A stretch of DNA of 28,226 nucleotides from a virus. Taxonomy: Duplodnaviria > Caudoviricetes. The stretch spans positions 1 through 28,226 of the IMG/VR virus record IMGVR_UViG_3300014202_001550, one strand, 5' to 3'. The notes below the pieces were generated by a model. That model was not told the DNA's origin. It did no database searches and saw nothing but the letters and a program-made list of their open reading frames with translations. This document shows positions 1-8,361 of the stretch, in pieces (position 1 is the first letter of the stretch; each line of letters starts with the position of its first letter). Made by a program: the position numbers and the translations under genes.

Positions 1-279
1 CTATACCTGTGCTTTTTCTTCCTTATAGCAATTCATGAATTTGCTTACCTCTATCATCCTATCTTTCACAAATCCTAATGAACCTATTACTGCATAATCT
101 AATTTGCTTCTATTCTGTTTCTTGAATGACTTTAAACCTGCTTCAAGGTTCTTTAACAGTGTCATATTTTCAGAATAGATACTGTTAAACTGCTCTGATA
201 ACCTTACATTCTGTAAATTGTTTGTGAGTAATGTAATCTTATCGGTTTTGATTTTGGTTTTGTTTGTTGCATTTTTCAT
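1..279 (-). CDS. Hypothetical protein (92 aa)
   Basis: ORF with AGAAAGGG Shine-Dalgarno (SD) inside a repeated leader; TAG stop at 1-3. Confidence 0.7.
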   Translation of the reverse strand: MKNATNKTKIKTDKITLLTNNLQNVRLSEQFNSIYSENMTLLKNLEAGLKSFKKQNRSKLDYAVIGSLGFVKDRMIEVSKFMNCYKEEKAQV

Positions 280-285
280 GTTGTT

Positions 286-585
286 TTACCCTTTCTATTT
301 GGTATTTTGTTTCTTTATTTTTTGTTGCTTACTAAGCGCGGTTTTGGATGTAAATCCCTTAAATCATTTTCAAATTCTCTCTTTGCCTTTTCAAAACCCA
401 CCCACAAACCCTCTTTATCTAGACCTCGTGCAACCAGTTCATTCATTGCCAAATTTTGTAGGTTCAATTTTCCTGAAATTGCATCCACTAATAGATTAGT
501 GTTAACATTTGAAAAAATGAATTTAGGATTTAATTCATCTTTTAAGTTTTCCATTTTGTTACCTTTCTATGTGGTATTTTTGTTT
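286..585 (-). repeat. Two copies of a ~27-bp leader (286-312 and 559-585), each in front of a small gene
   Basis: TTACCCTTTCTATTTGGTATTTT-GTTT versus TTACC-TTTCTATGTGGTATTTTTGTTT; each contains the SD on the minus strand. Confidence 0.75.
315..554 (-). CDS. Hypothetical protein (79 aa)
   Basis: ORF with AGAAAGG SD inside the repeated leader. Confidence 0.75.
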   Translation of the reverse strand: MENLKDELNPKFIFSNVNTNLLVDAISGKLNLQNLAMNELVARGLDKEGLWVGFEKAKREFENDLRDLHPKPRLVSNKK

Positions 586-700
586 TAAAAACATGCGAAG
601 ATCCAGAGATTTTCGCTAGCATGCAACTCCTTAAGTACCCCAAATATCAATAAATAAATCCCTATTTTAGTATAAAATTTTATAGAAAGGATTCAAAACT

Positions 701-940
701 ATGGTAAAAATCATATTTCCACCTGAAGAAACTTATAAAGCAATAGCAGATAGGTTTCCAAGGAGCTTAGCAGCAAAACATATTCAAAACGAAAAGCAAA
801 TTAATGGTGATATTGTAAAAACAGAATTAGTAAAGATTATTTCAGGAAATGATTTAGATGGTGGTTATGATTCACCTGAAGATGTTGCAGATGCACAAAA
901 GTATTTTGACCTATTACAAAATCCAGAACAGGAAAGGTAA
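701..940 (+). CDS. Hypothetical protein (79 aa)
   Basis: AGAAAGGA SD upstream of ATG; protein-like composition. Confidence 0.7.
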   Translation: MVKIIFPPEETYKAIADRFPRSLAAKHIQNEKQINGDIVKTELVKIISGNDLDGGYDSPEDVADAQKYFDLLQNPEQER

Positions 941-1002
941 AAATTTCTAATGGGGTCGTTTAGATAACATTAAATGGAGTCTCTTTCCAGAAATAACCTT
1001 TT

Positions 1003-1878
1003 ATGCTTAAATCAATTACCTTAAAAGGTATATATAATGATTCTCTTGTATCTGAGGCATGGTTAAAATCTTTAAAGATAAAGATTGAAGACACCAGACT
1101 ACCTACTCTTGTAAAATATGCCAAGCATTTTTCAGAAGACTATCCCCAATATTTAGATAAAAAAATTCCAGTATTTACCGATTATGTTGAATCATTCTTA
1201 GCAATTGATGAAGTTTGCACATTAAATTTAGTTAGGACCTATCTTAATCCAGAGTCCGATAATGTTAAGAAAAAAATAATTAAATATGTAATGGGTAAGT
1301 TTAACCCTCCTGCAGGAGTGGATGATACAGCATTAAATTATTTATATGAGTTAGAAACGGCGGCTTATCTGTTATACCGAGGTTATAATGTATCAGATGA
1401 ATTAAACGACGTGAATTATAAGATAAATAAATATAAGATAAATATTCAGTGTAAGAGACTGCAATCTTGTAAAAAAATAAATACAGGTTTTAAAGAGGCA
1501 TTATTTCAACTGAAAAACCAAAACAAGATTACTAGCGATAAAAATTCATATGGTTTTGTAGCTATGTCATTAGAAAGAATATTCAAACTCAATACAGATA
1601 TTAGGAAAGTTAAGGATATGAAAGAACTGGATAATGATATGATAGATTTAAAAAATCAAATGTCTAAGATAGTAGCTCCGTTATGGAATAAATCACTGAA
1701 TGAGATTAAAAAGGAACTAAAATTGCTAGGTATGATGTATCTTTATAAAAGACCTGTATATAATGTAACCAATAAAAAATTTACCTATTTCAGAAGGTTT
1801 TTATATGACGTTCCGTATCACCCTAAAAACACACCTTACTCAGAGATATTAAACTATATAGATAGCAAACCAGAATAA
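1003..1878 (+). CDS. Putative PD-(D/E)xK restriction-endonuclease-fold protein (accessory gene)
   Basis: YELETAAYLLYRGYNV...ND...INIQCKRLQS matches the ExxxAxxL..G..V / PD / (E)xK layout. Confidence 0.5.
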   Translation: MLKSITLKGIYNDSLVSEAWLKSLKIKIEDTRLPTLVKYAKHFSEDYPQYLDKKIPVFTDYVESFLAIDEVCTLNLVRTYLNPESDNVKKKIIKYVMGKFNPPAGVDDTALNYLYELETAAYLLYRGYNVSDELNDVNYKINKYKINIQCKRLQSCKKINTGFKEALFQLKNQNKITSDKNSYGFVAMSLERIFKLNTDIRKVKDMKELDNDMIDLKNQMSKIVAPLWNKSLNEIKKELKLLGMMYLYKRPVYNVTNKKFTYFRRFLYDVPYHPKNTPYSEILNYIDSKPE

Positions 1879-2154
1879 TTATCAGAAAATTTTGCAGCAT
1901 ATCCCTTTCAATCTGAAAACTACCTAATAAGCATATTTACCTACCTATCATATTCAAATTGATCCTAGCTATGTCTATGGAGTTATTTCAGGTATTTAAA
2001 AGGCATATAATAAATAGTAGAGTATATCCTAAAATATGTCTAAAATTTCCGAGGAGATAATAGCGAATCCTCAAAAAAAAATCGGTAATTAGCCCTAAAT
2101 ACTATACACAATTATAACTATTATATATATAAGATACTTACAGTGTGTTGGTGT

Positions 2155-2412
2155 GCATATAACCCTTATGCTATTTTTAGAAACATTTTCAAGGGGTTAG
2201 GTGCTAACTAAGCATATAACCTATACCCATTTATTGCTATTTGTATGCTGTATTAAGCACTTCTACACCCGAAGGGTTATATTTGCTCCATAATTGAAGC
2301 AGTACCGCTCTAAAATGTAAGCTAGCAGTCGCTAGGGAAGCGTATAGGGGTTATATGAGTGAAAAAGGATACTACCACACTTTCTTATATCTCTACTCTA
2401 TTCCCTTATGCT
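2155..2412. repeat. Cluster of ATATAACC repeats (2 direct, 2 inverted, plus partial copies) in a non-coding region
   Basis: GCATATAACCCTT 2155-2167, GCATATAACCTATAC 2212-2226, AAGGGTTATAT 2272-2282, GTATAGGGGTTATATG 2342-2357; CCCTTATGCT at 2163 and 2403. Confidence 0.75.
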
Positions 2413-2469
2413 TATTATATTCATTGTTCAATACATTTAATATAACATAATAGAAAGCAGTATTATTGT

Positions 2470-2634
2470 TTAGTTATATCCTGTTAATGGTTTGCTTCGA
2501 TAAATACTACATACCATTTTACAATAGTTTTTATCTCTACATATTTCAGTTTGAGTAATGTCTTCGATATACTTTGCTATTTGTTTTGAAGTCATTGCTT
2601 CTAATTCATTTCTGGAATACTTATTATTAGTCAT
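2470..2634 (-). CDS. Small hypothetical protein (54 aa, MTNNKYSRNELEAMTSKQIAKY...); not in the ORF track
   Basis: Translated by hand; ATG at 2634, TAA at 2470-2472; no SD, and the true start could be the second Met. Confidence 0.45.
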   Translation of the reverse strand: MTNNKYSRNELEAMTSKQIAKYIEDITQTEICRDKNYCKMVCSIYRSKPLTGYN

Positions 2635-2686
2635 ATATATTATATTATTATAGGAGTCATCTTTTAAAAAGGTTAAACAAAACCAT

Positions 2687-2718
2687 AAGAAAACCCAACA
2701 CTTTATATGTATTGGGCT
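2687..2718 (-). terminator. Intrinsic terminator after the terminase-like gene
   Basis: Minus strand AGCCCAATAC-ATATAAA-GTGTTGGGTT-TTCTT: 10-bp stem with G-U pairs followed by a U-rich tail. Confidence 0.7.
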
Positions 2719-2751
2719 CTATTAACTTATATTACGATATATTAATTTATA

Positions 2752-3381
2752 TTAATACCAATCTTTACACATTATGGTAGAATTATATAATTCAGATGTT
2801 ATATGTTGTTCTAATTCTTCTAATGCTTGTTGATTTATTTTAGGATTATCAACAGGGTATAGATTAAATTTTTTCCATCCATTACTACCACACCATAAAC
2901 CTTTCAAATATCCTGGTGTTTTTAGATTAGGTAACGGATGAAATGTCATTAATATCTTAGCATCATTCAACATTGCATTAGGCAATAGTACTTCATTCCA
3001 TATATCTTCTTTCAAATATTCTGCATTATCTATACATACTAAATCTACATTTCTGCCTAATAATCTAGTTGAATTATGAGTATCTATATATATGATTACA
3101 CCGTTTATATTAATCTTAAATTCAATTTTATTTATATACTTTATATGTATTCTTCGTTCAATACATTCATCTATTATTTTATTAAATATATCCTTTACTA
3201 CTGCTTTATGAGTGGTTGTGATTAATATTGTTTGTATATGTGGAAATAATGATGTCTCTTTTAAAGCTGTTTCTATTATTACAGTAGTTAGTCCTGACCT
3301 TCTACCACCTACTACTAATTTATATTTACTTCCATCTTCAACTATTTTTTGTTGTTCTGGATAGTCTCTTAAATTAACCAT
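2752..3381 (-). CDS. Stand-alone terminase large-subunit ATPase-like domain, predicted catalytically inactive
   Basis: Colinear with the TerL N-terminal half: PEQ/PLQ, YKLVVGGRRSGLT/YKVIVAGRRFGKS, LLGRNVDLVCIDNA/LVGRGLDWVGVDEF, TFHP/GSTP, WKKF..DNPKI/WKSW..DNPTI. No nuclease domain. Confidence 0.85.
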   Translation of the reverse strand: MVNLRDYPEQQKIVEDGSKYKLVVGGRRSGLTTVIIETALKETSLFPHIQTILITTTHKAVVKDIFNKIIDECIERRIHIKYINKIEFKININGVIIYIDTHNSTRLLGRNVDLVCIDNAEYLKEDIWNEVLLPNAMLNDAKILMTFHPLPNLKTPGYLKGLWCGSNGWKKFNLYPVDNPKINQQALEELEQHITSELYNSTIMCKDWY

Positions 3382-3442
3382 TTAGGTTTCTCCCATTGGG
3401 ATTAAAAAAGAAGAAACCTATTTGTGCCGCTTATTATATATA

Positions 3443-3976
3443 TTATTCAAACTTTATACAATTAGAAAACTTTACTGCATAACCACCAATTACTCTTGCC
3501 TGGTCTATTCCATTGATTATTTTTCGTGCTGCAACATAGTTTGTAGTGGTATCTGAAAAATAATCGCCTAATTTCTTACCTGTAAATCCACCTGTTAACA
3601 TTCCATGTTCTAATATTTTCCATGCTGTTTCAGGATCCTTGGCTAGGTCTGGATTGCCTACCAAATCTATTCCTAATTCTTTACTGTATTTCTGATAGTT
3701 CCATTTCCAAGTCAATTGTACGAATCCGCGACCTATATAGGGATAGTATTTCTTACTCTTTAAATACTTTTCACTACCATACTCAGTTACTGGTTGATAT
3801 GTCCACGCTGTTTCGTGGGCACATGTAGCCAGTATATAACTATATTCATTTACTCTATTGAGTAGTTTTGAATCATCTAATTTTTGTAATAAGAAGTTTA
3901 AACCATCTACCTGAGATTGTTTGAGTTTTCCGAATTGTTCTTTATACTTTTCATAAAATATTTTTCTGTTTATCAT
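3443..3976 (-). CDS. Endolysin, glycoside hydrolase family 19
   Basis: LATCAHET...EYG...YIGRGFVQLTWKWNY...ARKIING are GH19 phage lysin motifs. Confidence 0.92.
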   Translation of the reverse strand: MINRKIFYEKYKEQFGKLKQSQVDGLNFLLQKLDDSKLLNRVNEYSYILATCAHETAWTYQPVTEYGSEKYLKSKKYYPYIGRGFVQLTWKWNYQKYSKELGIDLVGNPDLAKDPETAWKILEHGMLTGGFTGKKLGDYFSDTTTNYVAARKIINGIDQARVIGGYAVKFSNCIKFE

Positions 3977-4018
3977 TCATAGGGTAATTGTAAATATTAA
4001 AGAAACCTTTATTACTTA

Positions 4019-5227
4019 TTATTCTACTGCAGGACCTTGTGTAAGGTCTATACCACCATCTATTCTTACATCACCATCAGGTAAAGGATCCCTATTGAAA
4101 TATTCTCTATGTTCATTAATGGTTATAGTTTTGTATTTTGCTTCCTGGTCAAGTGCTTTTAATTCAAATTCTCTATCTCTTGGTTCTTGAACTTTGAATG
4201 TTAATCTTAATTTAGGATTATATGCTTTTTTAATTACTCTAGTAAATGCTCTTGCTAATTTTGTTGTTATAGGATGTATTACATTGTTATCGAATACAGA
4301 ATTTGCTGCTTCTAAGTTTGCTTTATTATAATCAGATACTAATCCTAATGAAGATTTTGGAACACCGTATGCTGAAATTATTTTATCTTTTATAAATTCA
4401 CTTGCTGCAATATAATCTAGATCCTTAGGGTTATTCTGTAATCTTTCTACCTTAGTTCCATTTTGCAACACTAATATATTATCCCCATCAGCTCCAGTAT
4501 ATAAAGCATTTAAATCCCTTCTTATTGCTGGAATATCATCTTCATTTATTCTACTTTCATTAGTTAAGGCAAATTTGAATGTAGCATCTTTGGAGAAATG
4601 TTTTCTTTGAAATTCATTGATGGCATTTTCAATTTCTATGTTAGTATATGTATATTCTATTATTCCTTTTCCATATACAGATTGTGAGATTTGATTATTC
4701 TTTATATGCTCTATTTCATCTACTCTATATTTTTGAGACTTACCAGTGCCATTACTAACTTCATATCCTGTAATCCTACCTGCACTATCTTGAATTATGG
4801 TAGTTCTTTCTGAAGGTAAAAGATAAAATGAATGAATTGTCCCAAAATTTGTATATACGAAATAAAGATAAACATCTCCTATATTTAAATAGTAATAAAC
4901 TGCTCGTTCAATTATATCATCCCAACATTCATCTAACTCATTTACTTTATCTAATAAATTTAGAAAATCATGTTCATCTAATTCCTTTTTTATTTCTGTT
5001 TGATTTTTCATTAAACAGATCACAGGCTGATGTTTTTCAACATTGATTGCTATTACACGGGAACAAGAATAAACCCATCCTTTAAATTCATTTATTAACA
5101 GTGTAGGAGTTAATTTTGCATATGCACTTTGTCCACCATATCCCCATGTAGGAACAGCAATAATATTATTTGTTACACCTGCTGTAGTTTTCGGTTTTAC
5201 GAAAAAGTCTTTTATTTTATCAAACAT
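4019..5227 (-). CDS. Portal protein, HK97 family
   Basis: WVYSC..IA, GDVYLY, EIEHIK..VYGKG, KDLDY..I.SAYGVP..LG, NLE..FD..IHP, TINEHR...PLPDGD. Confidence 0.95.
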   Translation of the reverse strand: MFDKIKDFFVKPKTTAGVTNNIIAVPTWGYGGQSAYAKLTPTLLINEFKGWVYSCSRVIAINVEKHQPVICLMKNQTEIKKELDEHDFLNLLDKVNELDECWDDIIERAVYYYLNIGDVYLYFVYTNFGTIHSFYLLPSERTTIIQDSAGRITGYEVSNGTGKSQKYRVDEIEHIKNNQISQSVYGKGIIEYTYTNIEIENAINEFQRKHFSKDATFKFALTNESRINEDDIPAIRRDLNALYTGADGDNILVLQNGTKVERLQNNPKDLDYIAASEFIKDKIISAYGVPKSSLGLVSDYNKANLEAANSVFDNNVIHPITTKLARAFTRVIKKAYNPKLRLTFKVQEPRDREFELKALDQEAKYKTITINEHREYFNRDPLPDGDVRIDGGIDLTQGPAVE

Positions 5228-5262
5228 TTATTTCAACTGTATATAGAAAAGCAATAATCATT

Positions 5263-6615
5263 TTATATTACCATTATCATTGGTCCATTGTATTTTTCCT
5301 GTAAAACGATATATCCAAGCGCATCCGAAGTATGTACAAATCCTGCATCTTCCATACTTTTATCAATTGCATCACCTTTTCGTGTAACCATTTCCAAATC
5401 TCTAGTAAGCATATAGCAATCTTTATTGTTTATATAAATACCAACTTCATCTGCTGCATTCATTAACATTCTATTAACTGCCGTTACTCTTACTCTTTGG
5501 TCACCATTGGATTTAGGAACAATTTTATATGACCTAGGGAATATTTCACGAATAATTTCATAATCACCACCAAGTTTTGAATCTGTTGTGTCCCTTGCTT
5601 TACCTGTAGCATCACCATATATTCTTATAGGTCTATCTTCCCAGTTTATTTCTTCTAAATATGTTTTGAGTAATTTACATTGACCTTTAGTACTCATATC
5701 TGGAGAGCTGAATACTCTTAAAACATTTATTACTCTTTTCTGTTCTGGTAATCCTACTATACCTTTTCTAACTTGGCATATTAAAGTGGTCATCGGATCC
5801 ACGTTAAAATCCCATACTAAACATATCGGTAAATCATAATCTAATTCTAATTTCTTTACATGAATATTTCTATTAAATTCAGTGTAAACTGCTCCCTGAG
5901 TTTTTTCGAAAGAAGCATATACTTCTTGTCGAAATGTTTTTGCATCTTCTGTTTTAGATTTACTTGCTACCTGTGATTCAATATCCTTTATTGTAGGATT
6001 ATCTAAACTTGAAAATGTCCATGACTTCCATTCAGGATCATAATCTTCATTGTTGGGGTCATTAACACCTCTTTGATATAATTCATAGAGGGCATCAAAA
6101 CCATTTGGAGTACTACCAAATACTGCTTTTCCGTTCCTATCCATGAGAGCATAAGACAATTCTCTGTGCCATTTATTCGGGTCTATGTATCTAAATTCAT
6201 CTACTCCAACCCAATCTAAACCTCTACCAACTAAATCAATATCGGCTGATTTTAGATATATTTCTGATTGATTATGTAAAAGTTTTATATGTAAATTTGT
6301 TTCATTCTTATAAACTTCCCATTGTAAAAATTCAATTCTTTTCTTTAGTTTGTCCCAAAACACTTCTTTAACAAGTCCGCGAGAGGGTCCTACAATCCAG
6401 TTTAATGAATATGGTTTTGAATATGCTGCCTTTAAGCATTCTTCCAGAATAAAAATACTTTTCCCAAATCTTCGTCCCGCAACAATTACTTTATATCGTG
6501 CTGGATCCATATACACTTCTTTTTGAAGTGGATGATTATCAACTACAGCATCATATTCCCACCAATTTTTAATAGGGTTTGTTAATGAAGCTTGTAATGA
6601 ACTTTGTTGAATCAA
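5263..6615 (-). CDS. terL: Terminase large subunit (TTG start)
   Basis: Walker A GRRFGKS, Walker B VGVDEF, coupling motif STP; nuclease acidic residues in WDFN, YGDATG and HTSDALGY. Confidence 0.95.
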   Translation of the reverse strand: MIQQSSLQASLTNPIKNWWEYDAVVDNHPLQKEVYMDPARYKVIVAGRRFGKSIFILEECLKAAYSKPYSLNWIVGPSRGLVKEVFWDKLKKRIEFLQWEVYKNETNLHIKLLHNQSEIYLKSADIDLVGRGLDWVGVDEFRYIDPNKWHRELSYALMDRNGKAVFGSTPNGFDALYELYQRGVNDPNNEDYDPEWKSWTFSSLDNPTIKDIESQVASKSKTEDAKTFRQEVYASFEKTQGAVYTEFNRNIHVKKLELDYDLPICLVWDFNVDPMTTLICQVRKGIVGLPEQKRVINVLRVFSSPDMSTKGQCKLLKTYLEEINWEDRPIRIYGDATGKARDTTDSKLGGDYEIIREIFPRSYKIVPKSNGDQRVRVTAVNRMLMNAADEVGIYINNKDCYMLTRDLEMVTRKGDAIDKSMEDAGFVHTSDALGYIVLQEKYNGPMIMVI

Positions 6616-6658
6616 ATCGAAGTAGGGAATAAAGCAGAAGAAAACATTAAGGTTTATT

Positions 6659-6672
6659 CCGCCCCGGGGCGG
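6659..6672. promoter_or_regulatory. Perfect GC-only palindrome CCGCCCCGGGGCGG between terS and terL
   Basis: Read directly; part of a 16-nt pure G/C run in an AT-rich genome. Function unknown. Confidence 0.5.
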
Positions 6673-6682
6673 GCATCAAAAC

Positions 6683-7240
6683 CTATTTAATTACCTTTAT
6701 ATCTTGCTGTGGTACGGGAGACCTGTTATTCATATTTATATTTACATTATGGCCTATTTCACTTAATTTAACCTGTGGTAAGAATAACCTAACAAGTTCT
6801 AATTTTATTTTTTCATCTTTGCTGTTGAATAATTCCTGAGCTGTATCAGTTGCAATATCTCTCAGCCTTGTCATTACAACTTTAGATTGTGCATTCTTTA
6901 AAGCTTCATGGCACAGTTTAAAGTTTTTATCGTTAGAATTTTTCCAACACCACCATTTACTAATTTTTAATATTTCAGCAATCTTAGTAAGACTAAAATT
7001 TGTAGCTAACTTATACATTAATATTTTATACTGTAATTCTTTCAAATCAAACTTTTTTATTATAGCATAATATTCGTTTATATTCAAAAGATTATCATCT
7101 AATGCCAAATCTGCTAAATCCTTTTCAAACTGTTCAATTTGAATTTCATTTTTTTTATCATTTATGTAGGCTAATTCTTCCTGTAAAACCTGTTCATCTG
7201 TCTTATCCTTTAGTAGTATATTAACTATTTCTTCATTCAT
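6683..7240 (-). CDS. Probable terminase small subunit (HTH)
   Basis: Directly upstream of terL; HTH-like SLTKIAEILKISKWWCWK followed by helical segments and a beta-like tail (NVNINMN). Confidence 0.65.
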   Translation of the reverse strand: MNEEIVNILLKDKTDEQVLQEELAYINDKKNEIQIEQFEKDLADLALDDNLLNINEYYAIIKKFDLKELQYKILMYKLATNFSLTKIAEILKISKWWCWKNSNDKNFKLCHEALKNAQSKVVMTRLRDIATDTAQELFNSKDEKIKLELVRLFLPQVKLSEIGHNVNINMNNRSPVPQQDIKVIK

Positions 7241-7479
7241 TATTTATTCTCTTTATTTTCTATTTGTAATTCCGCGAACTTTTGACCTACTTTGCTTCCT
7301 ACACCAAACCCAAGTAAAGCTATAATAAGGTAAGTAAGTTCTGTTATTAATTTACCTACAAATACCATATAACCACCTAGAAATGACAATAAAATACCTG
7401 TAACTACTAATAAGAAAGTAGTTAATCTTGTCATTGAAAAGTTTCCGTTATCTTCTTTGAAAAAGCTCTTGATAGACAT
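7240..7479 (-). CDS. Putative holin (2 transmembrane segments)
   Basis: 79 aa; FFKEDNGNFSMTRL start, two hydrophobic helices, charged C-terminus. Confidence 0.6.
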   Translation of the reverse strand: MSIKSFFKEDNGNFSMTRLTTFLLVVTGILLSFLGGYMVFVGKLITELTYLIIALLGFGVGSKVGQKFAELQIENKENK

Positions 7480-7740
7480 ATTTATATTTAGTTATATAAT
7501 GTTCCATAAACTTTGCATTTTCCCATTGTATTACTTGTATCCAGCAATATATCCATAGGGTCATATCATTTAGTTTGCTTAATAATTTGCTAATCATTCT
7601 TAATTTTCCTTTTGGGTTTCATACCACGTGAAGCAAGAATTATCTTTTCTTTATGTTCAACCGACTCAGTATGATTCTTTTCTTTAGCTGTTATAGGTAT
7701 ATTACATAAAATCTGTATAAAGTTTTTTAATATATTCTCT

Positions 7741-7932
7741 TTATCTTCTTGTTTCATTTTTAATCAATCTTTTAACTTTTGAAATAACTTTTTTCTTTCT
7801 AAAATTAAGTGGTAATCTATTCTTCTTTCTAACTATCTTTATACATTCACCTTCATTGAGATATATCTCAAGCATATGCCTATCACGTTCACTTTCCCAA
7901 ATCTCATCAAATTCCTTTTTTCTTAACTTCAT
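7741..7932 (-). CDS. Small basic hypothetical protein (63 aa)
   Basis: ORF track; same strand as the late operon. Confidence 0.5.
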   Translation of the reverse strand: MKLRKKEFDEIWESERDRHMLEIYLNEGECIKIVRKKNRLPLNFRKKKVISKVKRLIKNETRR

Positions 7933-8041
7933 CTTGTAATTCCTTTTTTATTAATCGAATTTCATCAAGTAATAAATTAAATTTTATATTGAAACCCTTT
8001 AATCTCTTATATAGGTAAATATTAAATTGTTCTTTATCCAT
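7907..8041 (-). CDS. Small hypothetical protein (44 aa, MDKEQFNIYLYKRLKG...)
   Basis: Translated by hand; follows TATATTTATA and overlaps the next ORF. Confidence 0.45.
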   Translation of the reverse strand: MDKEQFNIYLYKRLKGFNIKFNLLLDEIRLIKKELQDEVKKKGI

Positions 8042-8081
8042 GTTAATATAAATATAATCTCAGTATGAGTAGAATGGAAAA

Positions 8082-8327
8082 CTATTTTGAACTATTATTC
8101 CCTTTCATTTCAGCTATTGCTTCTTTTATTTCTGTAAGAATTTCCATTACTTTAGATTCATTTACAGCTATTCTATCAATAACGTTTGCGAATCTATCTA
8201 AATAATTATATTTTATCTCATTAGATTGTTTTTCAACATTTACTAGTCTGGTATAAAGAGTTTTTCCAAACCATGCAACTATTGTCACTACTATACCTGC
8301 AATCCATAATGCTACTGTTGTGTCCAT
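8082..8327 (-). CDS. Membrane-anchored coiled-coil protein, holin-like
   Basis: N-terminal TM (VALWIAGIVVTIVAWFG) plus coiled coil; typical position after fibre genes. Confidence 0.55.
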   Translation of the reverse strand: MDTTVALWIAGIVVTIVAWFGKTLYTRLVNVEKQSNEIKYNYLDRFANVIDRIAVNESKVMEILTEIKEAIAEMKGNNSSK

Positions 8328-8361
8328 TGTTTCTCGAATGTAAATTGTAGAAGTAATCTCA

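Noticed and set aside
218-588. Plus-strand ORFs 218-499 and 307-588
   Set aside because: Antisense shadows of two minus-strand genes that have clear SDs.
2051-2081. Hairpin GAGGA...TCCTC followed by an A9 run as a terminator
   Set aside because: The A run is on the wrong side to give a U-tract after the stem on either strand.
2752-3381. Split or intron-interrupted terL, or a simple pseudogene
   Set aside because: terL at 5263-6615 is already complete, and this ORF is intact and too diverged to be a recent fragment. Decay is not fully excluded.
6616-6685. terS-terL fusion by readthrough or frameshift
   Set aside because: The terS frame meets TAA soon after its TAG, and the terL frame is closed by an upstream TGA just after the terS stop.
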